This document shows, one piece after another, positions 51,808-62,000 of a stretch of DNA of 62,000 nucleotides; position 1 is the stretch's first letter, and every line of letters starts with the position of its first letter. Made by a program: the position numbers and the translations under genes. The DNA is taken from positions 806,001 through 868,000 of the forward strand of contig OZ249436.1 in assembly GCA_965235115.1 (NCBI GenBank), written 5' to 3'. The notes beneath the pieces are model-generated. The model saw only the letters and a list, made by a program, of their open reading frames with translations. It searched no databases and was not told the origin of the DNA. Source of the stretch: Laetmonice hystrix. Lineage: Eukaryota.

Positions 51808-52540
51808 TGGTTGGTGTTGGAGTTGTCTGGCCCGTCCAGGTCAGGGTATTGGGTGTGGAGGAGGGACACAGGGCGGGACTGGGTTGGTGTTGGAGTTGTC
51901 TGGCCCGTCCAGGTCAGGGTATTGGGTGTGGAGGAGGGACACAGGGCGGGACTGGGTTGGTGTTGGAGTTGTCTGGCCCGTCCAGGTCAGGGTATTGGGT
52001 GTGGAGGAGGGACACAGGGCGGGACTGGGTTGGTGTTGGAGTTGTCTGGCCCGTCCAGGTCAGGGTATTGGGTGTGGAGGAGGGACACAGGGCGGGACTG
52101 GGTTGGTGTTGGAGTTGTCTGGCCCGTCCAGGTCAGGGTATTGGGTGTGGAGGAGGGACACAGGGCGGGACTGGGTTGGTGTTGGTGTTGTCTGGCCCGT
52201 CCAGGTCAGGGTATTGGGTGTGGAGGAGGGACACAGGGCGGGACTGGGTTGGTGTTGGAGTTGTCTGGTCCGTCCAGGTCAGGGTATTGGGTGTGGAGGA
52301 GGGACACAGGGCGGGACTGGGTTGGTGTTGGAGTTGTCTGGCCCGTCCAGGTCAGGGTATTGGGTGTGGAGGAGGGACACAGGGCGGGACTGGGTTGGTG
52401 TTGGAGTTGTCTGGCCCGTCCAGGTCAGGGTATTGGGTGTGGAGGAGGGACACAGGGCGGGACTGGGTTGGTGTTGGAGTTGTCTGGCCCGTCCAGGTCA
52501 GGGTATTGGGTGTGGAGGAGGGACACAGGGAGGGACTGGG
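51808..52540. repeat. 73-bp minisatellite
   Basis: GGTTGGTGTTGGAGTTGTCTGGCCCG...GGCGGGACTG, ~10 copies. Confidence 0.97.
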
Positions 52541-52806
52541 GTAAATCCTACATTAGAACCCCTTAGATCTGGAGGTCGTTATGCCATGACGCAGTCAAAG
52601 ACCGCCCACCACCCCCACCTCTACCCCAACTTGCAGTCCCCACCCCCCAACCCCGACACTCCCCCTTCTTCCACCACACATCCACCCCTCTGTCACTGGG
52701 CCAAGCACACATAACTATACATCAGGACGGCCCAGCTATCTCTTCACTAATCACCAAGTAGTAAAGAGGATTTACCCCCAACTTGGTTCGGTTTTCATGG
52801 GTTACG

Positions 52807-52893
52807 ATGACTAGGACACAGGTGGAGAACCTTGAGGAGACCACGCTGGGATCAGGTGTGGAGAAAGACCCATCGTGGCAGCTACAGTTTGAT
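52807..52893 (+). CDS. Candidate short alternative first coding exon
   Basis: acgATGa start, 29 codons MTRTQVENLEETTLGSGVEKDPSWQLQFD, then GTAAGT donor (phase 0). No homology recognised. Confidence 0.35.
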
Positions 52894-53056
52894 GTAAGTA
52901 CAGGCCCCTCCATGACCGCCAGCCCTGCAGCTCACCATACAGATAGAGAACCCCCGTCTGAGCACAGGCGTGATGTGTCATCACTTGTACGAGTAGTCAC
53001 CGGACGCTGCGGCGGTTAGACCTGGGCAGAGACCGAAGGTCATCTCTCATTCCCAC

Positions 53057-56000
53057 ATCCCAGTATGTCAGGATTGTCTGAGTGAATCCGGGACAGTCTC
53101 TACCTCCCGTCATGTACAGCTTGGCCAGGACGTGGTTGGTTACCTCTATAGTTATACCACTATATCCCAGTATGTCAGGATTGTCTGAGTGAATCCGGGA
53201 CAGTCTCTACCTCCCGTCATGTACAGCTTGGCCAGGACGTGGTTGGTTACCTCTATAGCTATACCACTATATCCCAGTATGTCAGGATTGTCTGAGTGAA
53301 TCCGGGACAGTCTCTACCTCCCGTCATGTACTACAGCTTGGCCAGGACGTGGTTGGTTACCTCTATAGTTATACCACTATATCCCAGTATGTCAGGATTG
53401 TCTGAGTGAATCCGGGACAGTCTCTACCTCCCGTCATGTACTACAGCTTGGCCAGGACGTGGTTGGTTACCTCTATAGTTATACCACTATATCCCAGTAT
53501 GTCAGGATTGTCTGAGTGAATCCGGGACAGTCTCTACCTCCCGTCATGTACAGCTTGGCCAGGACGTGGTTGGTTACCTCTATAGTTATACCACTATATC
53601 CCAGTATGTCAGGATTGTCTGAGTGAATCCGGGACAGTCTCTACCTCCCGTCATGTACTACAGCTTGGCCAGGACGTGGTTGGTTACCTCTATAGTTATA
53701 CCACTATATCCCAGTATGTCAGGATTGTCTGAGTGAATCCGGGACAGTCTCTACCTCCCGTCATGTACAGCTTGGCCAGGACGTGGTTGGTTACCACTAT
53801 AGTTATACCACTATATCCCAGTATGTCAGGATTGTCTGAGTGAATCCGGGACAGTCTCTAACTCCCGTCATGTACTACAGCTTGGCCAGGACGTGGTTGG
53901 TTACCTCTATAGTTATACCACTATATCCCAGTATGTCAGGATTGTCTGAGTGAATCCGGGACAGTCTCTACCTCCCGCCATGTACAGCTTGGCCAGGACG
54001 TGGTTGGTTACCTCTATAGTTATACCACTATATCCCAGTATGTCAGGATTGTCTGAGTGAATCCGGGACAGTCTCTACCTCCCGTCATGTACAGCTTGGC
54101 CAGGACGTGGTTGGTTACCTCTATAGTTATACCACTATATCCCAGTATGTCAGGATTGTCTGAGTGAATCCGGGACAGTCTCTACCTCCCGTCATGTACA
54201 GCTTGGCCAGGACGTGGTTGGTTACCTCTATAGTTATACCACTATATCCCAGTATGTCAGGATTGTCTGAGTGAATCCGGGACAGTCTCTACCTCCCGTC
54301 ATGTACTACAGCTTGGCCAGGACGTGGTTGGTTACCTCTATAGTTATACCACTATATCCCAGTATGTCAGGATTGTCTGAGTGAATCCGGGACAGTCTCT
54401 ACCTCCCGTCATGTACTACAGCTTGGCCAGGACGTGGTTGGTTACCTCTATAGTTATACCACTATATCCCAGTATGTCAGGATTGTCTGAGTGAATCCGG
54501 GACAGTCTCTACCTCCCGTCATGTACTACAGCTTGGCCAGGACGTGGTTGGTTACCTCTATAGTTATACCACTATATCCCAGTATGTCAGGACTGTCTGA
54601 GTGAATCCAGGACAGTCTCTACCTCCCGTCATGTACTACAGCTTGGCCAGGACGTGGTTGGTTACCTCTATAGTTATACCACTATATCCCAGTATGTCAG
54701 GATTGTCTGAGTGAATCCGGGACAGTCTCTACCTCCCGTCATGTACAGCTTGGCCAGGACGTGGTTGGTTACCTCTATAGTTATACCACTATATCCCAGT
54801 ATGTCAGGATTGTCTGAGTGAATCCGGGACAGTCTCTACCTCCCGTCATGTACTACAGCTTGGCCAGGACGTGGTTGGTTACCTCTATAGTTATACCACT
54901 ATATCCCAGTATGTCAGGATTGTCTGAGTGAATCCGGGACAGTCTCTACCTCCCGTCATGTACTACAGCTTGGCCAGGACGTGGTTGGTTACCTCTATAG
55001 TTATACCACTATATCCCAGTATGTCAGGATTGTCTGAGTGAATCCAGGACAGTCTCTACCTCCCGTCATGTACTACAGCTTGGCCAGGACGTGGTTGGTT
55101 ACCTCTATAGTTATACCACTATATCCCAGTATGTCAGGATTGTCTGAGTGAATCCGGGACAGTCTCTACCTCCCGTCATGTACTACAGCTTGGCCAGGAC
55201 GTGGTTGGTTACCTCTATAGTTATACCACTATATCCCAGTATGTCAGGATTGTCTGAGTGAATCCAGGACAGTCTCTACCTCCCGTCATGTACTACAGCT
55301 TGGCCAGGACGTGGTTGGTTACCTCTATAGTTATACCACTATATCCCAGTATGTCAGGATTGTCTGAGTGAATCCGGGACAGTCTCTACCTCCCGTCATG
55401 TACAGCTTGGCCAGGACGTGGTTGGTTACCACTATAGTTATACCACTATATCCCAGTATGTCAGGATTGTCTGAGTGAATCCGGGACAGTCTCTACCTCC
55501 CGTCATGTACAGCTTGGCCAGGACGTGGTTGGTTACCTCTATAGTTATACCACTATATCCCAGTATGTCAGGATTGTCTGAGTGTATCCGGGACAGTCTC
55601 TACCTCCCGTCATGTACAGCTTGGCCAGGACGTGGTTGGTTACCTCTATAGTTATACCACTATATCCCAGTATGTCAGGATTGTCTGAGTGAATCCGGGA
55701 CAGTCTCTACCTGCCGTCATGTACTACAGCTTGGCCAGGACGTGGTTGGTTACCTCTATAGTTATACCACTATATCCCAGTATGTCAGGATTGTCTGAGT
55801 GAATCCGGGACAGTCTCTACCTCCCGTCATGTACAGCTTGGCCAGGACGTGGTTGGTTACCTCTATAGTTATACCACTATATCCCAGTATGTCAGGATTG
55901 TCTGAGTGAATCCGGGACAGTCTCTACCTCCCGTCATGTACAGCTTGGCCAGGACGTGGTTGGTTACCTCTATAGTTATACCACTATATCCCAGTATGTC

Positions 56001-56953
56001 AGGATTGTCTGAGTGAATCCGGGACAGTCTCTACCTGCCGTCATGTACTACAGCTTGGCCAGGACGTGGTTGGTTACCTCTATAGTTATACCACTATATC
56101 CCAGTATGTCAGGATTGTCTGAGTGAATCCGGGACAGTCTCTACCTGCCGTCATGTACTACAGCTTGGCCAGGACGTGGTTGGTTACCTCTATAGTTATA
56201 CCACTATATCCCAGTATGTCAGGATTGTCTGAGTCAATCCGGGACAGTCTCTACCTCCCGTCACGTACAGCTTGGCCAGGACGTGGTTGGTTACCTCTAT
56301 AGTTATACCACTATATCCCAGTATGTCAGGATTGTCTGAGTGAATCCGGGACAGTCTCTACCTCCCGTCATGTACAGCTTGGCCAGGACGTGGTTGGTTA
56401 CCTCTATAGTTATACCACTATATCCCAGTATGTCAGGATTGTCTGAGTGAATCCGGGACAGTCTCTACCTCCCGTCATGTACAGCTTGGCCAGGACGTCG
56501 TTGGTTACCTCTATAGTTATACCACTATATCCCAGTATGTCAGGATTGTCTGAGTGTATCCGGGACAGTCTCTACCTCCCGTCATGTACAGCTTGGCCAG
56601 GACGTGGTTGGTTACCTCTATAGTTATACCACTATATCCCAGTATGTCAGGATTGTCTGAGTGAATCCGGGACAGTCTCCACCTCCCGTCATGTACAGCT
56701 TGGCCAGGACGTGGTTGGTTACCTCTATAGTTATACCACTATATCCCAGTATGTCAGGATTGTCTGAGTGAATCCGGGACAGTCTCTACCTCCCGTCATG
56801 TACTACAGCTTGGCCAGGACGTGGTTGGTTACCTCTATAGTTATACCACTATATCCCAGTATGTCAGGATTGTCTGAGTGAATCCGGGACAGTCTCTACC
56901 TCCCGTCATGTACAGCTTGGCCAGGACGTGGTTGGTTACCTCTATAGTTATAC
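53057..56953. repeat. 107/110-bp satellite, ~3.9 kb
   Basis: ATCCCAGTATGTCAGGATTGTCTGAG...TTATACCACTAT, ~36 copies, with or without a 3-bp insertion. Confidence 0.98.
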
Positions 56954-57102
56954 AACTCCCTTCATGTTGACCCCCCAGAATGACGGTAAACCCATATATC
57001 AAGAGTCTCGTAATATCAAGGAAATACAGTGGGTGTATACCAAGTAGGATGAAAAGTAGACCTACAGGTTTGTCGGCAGGATATTCTGTGTTAGAGCGTA
57101 GA

Positions 57103-57260
57103 ACAGTGGCGGATCCAAGGGGTGATAAGGGGGCTACATCCCCCTTAAATTCTGGACGATGTTATTCCTAATTTCTTTAATCATCAATCTTTTTAGGCCT
57201 AGGCCTAATAATATGTTTTTTTGCCCGATGGTTAGTCCCCCCCCCCAAAAAAAATCGCTG
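57103..57260. mobile_element. Decayed CAGTGGCGGATCC-type MITE fragment
   Basis: Left end resembles the 14009 TIR; right end degraded. Confidence 0.3.
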
Positions 57261-57743
57261 TAGAATTGCACGAGCCACCGAGATCTATAAGGTTCTGCCA
57301 TGCCTCAGGAAGTGCAGGCAATGTACGGTTCTGACAGAGCGAAACCTTGATTTATACTCGGTGAAGGATTTATACGAGAATCAAATCTCCTTCCTTGTTG
57401 TTTACTGCTTCAACTAAATGACGCGTCCGGATGTATTTGTACTAGATGTAAAAATGTAAAGACACTTTTATAAATTATGAGGCTGCAGAGCCTGCTGAAT
57501 ATTCATGACATAGGCCTGACATCGATTTCATGAAATTTATTCATAAACATGTTGTGATAATATGTTACTTAGCCTTTAAAACACGACAATCGGACCTCGA
57601 TCAGATTCTCTACAAGGTCTTGTGGAGCCCCAGGGGGTAATTTCGGATCATGTAATATGTTTCAAATATGTTTCATATATGGGCTGAAAATGGTAAAATG
57701 GGATTTAAGATATCGAAAGTGACCATAAGGAGACCTCGTCAAA

Positions 57744-58058
57744 TTGGGAATAGGCATGTTAACCTTACAGTAACTTGGAAATCTGGGAATAGGCATGTGA
57801 ACCTTACAGTAACTTGGAAATCTGGGAATAGGCATGTTAACCTTACAGGAACTAGGAAATCTGGGAATAGGCATGTTAACCTTACAGTAACTTGGAAATC
57901 TGGGAATAGGCATGTTAACCTTACAGTAACTTGGAAATCTGGGAATAGGCATGTTAACCTTACAGGAACTTGGAAATCTGGGAATAGGCATGTTAACCTT
58001 ACAGGAACTTGGAAATCTGGGAATAGGCATGTTAACCTTGCAGGAACTTGGAAATCTG
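57744..58058. repeat. 39-bp minisatellite
   Basis: TGGGAATAGGCATGTTAACCTTACAGTAACTTGGAAATC repeated. Confidence 0.96.
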
Positions 58059-59118
58059 CAAATAGGGAGAAAATGGCGTTGGCAACATTGAAGGAGATCC
58101 TTTTGAAATTTGGACTAGGGAATCCGTCACCCTCTAGGGAGCCCTCCTTCACTGTTCAAAGCCTGGATAAAACGAAGTCCGCCTACCTCAGCGAGTCAGT
58201 GGGATGGTTTCCTGTGCCGCTATAGATCTACATAACGGCTGCTGTCGTCCATGTAGGTCTTTTGTTTGACCCTGAAGGAACGCTGCTGGGTTCATAAATC
58301 ACTTCCGGAGGTCGGCGAGCACTGGGGACTGTTCCATGGCTGCCTGTGCTACCCGACACACAGACACCGCAGCGTCACGTTACGTCGTCAGCAACCAACG
58401 TCACTGCGGCGTCACGTCGTAGCAACCAACGTCAATCGAATAGAAATGTATGGGCATAGGTGACTGTGAGGAAAAATATTTTCTTATTTTCGAGATTTAT
58501 GGAAGTCAATTCAGTTGCCTACTACAGAGACTACAGTGGAAATAGAGGGGAAATAGGGCTTGTCCCTAGAAATTTATTTAAAAGATGAAAGATTTCCTGC
58601 AGTCTGGGGGTAACACAGTCCGCAGGAGCAATTTTTCTATTCGGATTTTTATCTTGGCCTTTACTGACACTGTTTGCCCGATACGTTACGAGTAGCGGGT
58701 AGGTTACAACCCCCCCCCCCCCAGCGTTCGGGTCCGGACTATAGAGTCTCGGGTAAGATCTATGGTTGAAGTTGTCTGGTGTGGAAACACCATGAGCCCT
58801 TGTAGTAGGCCTAGGTCTGGATTCTAACGTGTAAAATCAGGAATTACATAATTTCATCAGGGCCGTCCGCAGCCCAGAATTGTTAGAGATATTGAGAGAT
58901 TCCAAGTGCCACTTGTCAGTAGGGTCAGAGGGCGTCTTTGTAATAATTATGCCTGCGGTCGGGGGAATGACTCCCTGCCTGTGAGGAGGCCTACGTTTCA
59001 CTGTAAAGGTCGATAGAGCCACTCAGAACCAACTGTAATGGGCGCAGTACTAGAGGTGCGTGAGTAATTGAGGAGTTTAGAACTCAGGTGTGGAGACTTG
59101 GTTCCCACAGCCGAGCTA

Positions 59119-59588
59119 AGTAGGGCTAGGTTTTCAGCCATGGGTCTGACTCCCAAGTCTTAATGGTTTGATTGGCTTGATTGTGTGTCAGTGATCGTAC
59201 AGACGGTGTCGTAAAGTAGGGCTAGGGGTTCAGCCATGGGTCTGACTCCAAGTCTTAATGGTTTGATTGGCTTGATTGTGTGTCAGTGGTCGTACAGATG
59301 GTGTCGTAAAGTAGGGCTAGGGGTTCAGCCATGGGTCTGACTCCAAGTCTTAATGGTTTGATTGGCTTGATTGTGTGTCAGTTGTCGTACAGACGGTGTC
59401 GTAAAGTAGGGCTAGGGGTTCAGCCATGGGTCTGACTCCAAGTCTTAATGGTTTGATTGGCTTGATTGTGTGTCAGTGGTCGTACAGACGGTGTCGTAAA
59501 GTAGGGCTAGGGGTTCAGCCATGGGTCTGACTCCAAGTCTTAATGGTTTGATTGGTTTGATTGTGTGTCAGTTGTCGTACAGACGGTG
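59119..59588. repeat. 95-bp minisatellite, ~5 copies
   Basis: AGTAGGGCTAGGGGTTCAGCCATGG... repeated. Confidence 0.96.
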
Positions 59589-59802
59589 GCGCTGTTAACA
59601 CTAACAGCCACTGATGTATTCTACATGATAAGGTATCGAGTGTAGTTCCCCTGAGAGGTCCTCTCATCTTCCACACTCTCAGTCATTGGGTGGCAGCTGA
59701 ACTCGGCACCTAATGTAATTGGTAGCAAAGACTTCAGCCACGTAATAGTCTCTTTATGGACGCATAATTCCCATGGTGGACTCACGCCATCACCATAACG
59801 CT

Positions 59803-60312
59803 TTCTTCATGTAGGCGGTAATTACAGAGATAATGGTGGAAACAAGACCAGGTTTTATATTCGTCATGTAGGCGGTAATTACAGAGATAATGGTGGAAAC
59901 AAGGCCAGGTTTTATATTCTTCATGTAGGCGGTAATTACAGAGATAATGGTGGAAACAAGGCCAGGTTTTATATTCTTCATGTAGGCGGTAATTACAGAG
60001 ATAATGGTGGAAACAAGGCCAGGTGTTATATTCTTCATGTAGGCGGTAATTACAGAGATAATGGTGGAAACAAGGCCAGGTTTTATATTCTTGATGTAGG
60101 CGGTAATTACAGAGATAATGGTGGAAACAAGGCCAGGTTTTATATTCTTGATGTAGACGGTAATTACAGAGATAATGGTGGAAACAAGGCCAGGTTTTAT
60201 ATTCTTCATGTAGGCGGTAATTACAGAGATAATGGTGGAAACAAGGCCAGGTTTTATATTCTTCATGTAGGCGGTAATTACAGAGATAATGGTGGAAACA
60301 AAGCCAGGTTTT
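59803..60312. repeat. 57-bp minisatellite
   Basis: TCATGTAGGCGGTAATTACAGAGATAATGGTGGAAACAAGG... repeated. Confidence 0.97.
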
Positions 60313-60433
60313 ACATAATCTCAGTGGCAAATCGATTTTTCATGAACTTCTGTCACTTGAGGAGAGCTTTTAAGGCCTTTTAATTCGAAGGAATCCCGTG
60401 TATCTTGCAAAGACGTGTTTAAAAGTCGAGGTG

Positions 60434-60780
60434 AGAAATTGGTAAGGTTTTATACAAGCTTGTGTCCGTAAGAAATTGGTAAGGTTTTGTACAAGCTTGT
60501 GTCCGTAAGAAATTGCTAAGGTTTTATACAAGCTTGTGTCCGTAAGAAATTGCTAAGGTTTTATACAAGCTTGTGTCCGTAAGAAATTGCTGAGGTTTTA
60601 TACAAGCTTGTGTCCGTAAGAAATTGCTAAGGTTTTACACAAGCTTGTGTCCGTAAGAAATTGCTAAGGTTTTATACAAGCTTGTGTCCGTAAGAAGCTT
60701 GTGTCCGTAAGAAATTGCTAAGGTTTTATACAAGCTTGTGTCCGTAAGAAATTGCTAAGGTTTTACACAAGCTTGTGTCC
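60434..60780. repeat. 37-bp minisatellite
   Basis: AGAAATTGCTAAGGTTTTATACAAGCTTGTGTCCGTA repeated. Confidence 0.96.
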
Positions 60781-60823
60781 GATGTTCGTCCAGAGACTCG
60801 TCTAAGCCCGCTTACTTGAACAC

Positions 60824-60836
60824 TGCCCCCTGGTGG
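60824..60836 (-). promoter_or_regulatory. CTCF consensus-like motif
   Basis: Reverse complement CCACCAGGGGGCA. Confidence 0.5.
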
Positions 60837-61710
60837 GGATGCTCGTTGATATAAAACTTCCGGTTGGACCCCCGGCAACATTTTTCTATTAGCCACACTC
60901 ACAGACCATGAAATCTGTAATCTGTATGTTAACGTTGGCTTTTCTGTAGGATATAAAGAGTATTGTTAAAAAAAATAGATAGCTTGTTCTTAATTGTCCT
61001 GGTCCCTGCCCAGGGGGTACAATGTGAGAAGCTTAGTGACATATTACACCGGCCTGTCTGCACATTCATGGTTCCGATAGACCAACTGCGCAGAATTAAA
61101 AAAGGAGTTTGAATGTAGAACTATTTGCTGGTCCAGAGTTACTTGCATCAATGCCTCCCAATTGCCCGCCCCCAATAAGAACCGAACAGTGGTCTTGACA
61201 ATGTACTAATACTTGTTTTGATCTGACATGACGTGATATTTTTTTAGATAAGGTATTATATTATCAGTCCTGTTGAGAACACGAAAGGTTTGTAGCTTTG
61301 GATGTGGCCACCAACAAGTGCCAGGAGTCCGGAGGGGAAGTTACATAATATTGTTTACTTGGCTTTTTCATGTTTGACATGGCTGTCCTGGTGAGAGGTC
61401 TTACCGCTATTATAGAGAATAGATATACAACTATATAATATAGATCTATGAGAATATTAAATACGGACTTTTAGTTAACCTGACCTGACTGAGAAGAGGG
61501 TTATGTTCTTACAAGGTTTTAATGTTATGTAAGAAACATAATATTGTCGGGAGAAACAAAGAAATGTCGGCCGTAATTGTAATAGGAGCCAGTTTAGCTT
61601 GGAGCGATTTGCATGTGTCATTAGTGGTAGATTTAAATTGTATGGGAGGTTGCCATGGTTATGGCTGGATCCTGAAGGCCTGGGAGCAGGGTGTGATTAG
61701 AGGACGACGC

Positions 61711-62000
61711 CGTGACACCTGAAGTATAGATAGTACGGTGTAGATCAGAGAACGCTGTGACACCTGAAGTATAGATAGTACGGTGTAGATCAGAGAACGC
61801 TGTGACACCTGAAGTATAGATAGTACGGTGTAGATCAGAGAACGCTGTGACACCTGAAGTATAGATAGTACGGTGTAGATCAGAGAACGCTGTGACACCT
61901 GGAGTATAGATAGTACGGTGTAGATCAGAGAACGCTGTGACACCTGAAGTATAGATAGTACGGTGTAGATCAGACGCTGTGACACCTGAAGTATAGATAG
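61711..62000. repeat. 45-bp minisatellite (runs off window)
   Basis: TGTGACACCTGAAGTATAGATAGTACGGTGTAGATCAGAGAACGC repeated. Confidence 0.97.

Noticed and set aside
48150..52714. Gly-rich repeat ORFs at 48.2 and 51.8 kb
   Set aside because: They coincide exactly with G-rich minisatellites and are open in several frames or strands.
58073..58225. MALATLKEILLKFGLG... as a coding first exon
   Set aside because: No recognisable homology, and the nearby donor-like sites are not phase 0; kept only as part of the promoter-like island.
1..62000. Autonomous transposase, reverse transcriptase or Helitron Rep/helicase explaining the arrays
   Set aside because: No long non-repetitive ORF or catalytic motif was seen; only the short HTH_psq remnant.

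Overview
Eukaryotic (animal, probably lophotrochozoan; taxon inferred) genomic DNA. It holds the last four coding exons of a SEC14L1/real-time-like gene (GOLD domain and C-terminal tail, + strand, 675-2314) and two candidate first coding exons of an unidentified + strand gene (37639-37929 with polyQ; 52807-52893). There is a cluster of non-autonomous DNA transposons (Kolobok-like, pogo-like with an HTH_psq remnant, CAG..CTG elements with 5-bp TSDs, Harbinger-like, a 42-bp P-like palindrome). The dominant feature is about 34 mutually unrelated minisatellite arrays (units 19-110 bp) covering roughly 37 kb (~60%, hand estimate). Nearly all long ORFs in the supplied track are translations of these arrays. 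No prokaryotic genes, CRISPR array, rRNA or tRNA were recognised. Repeat boundaries are approximate.
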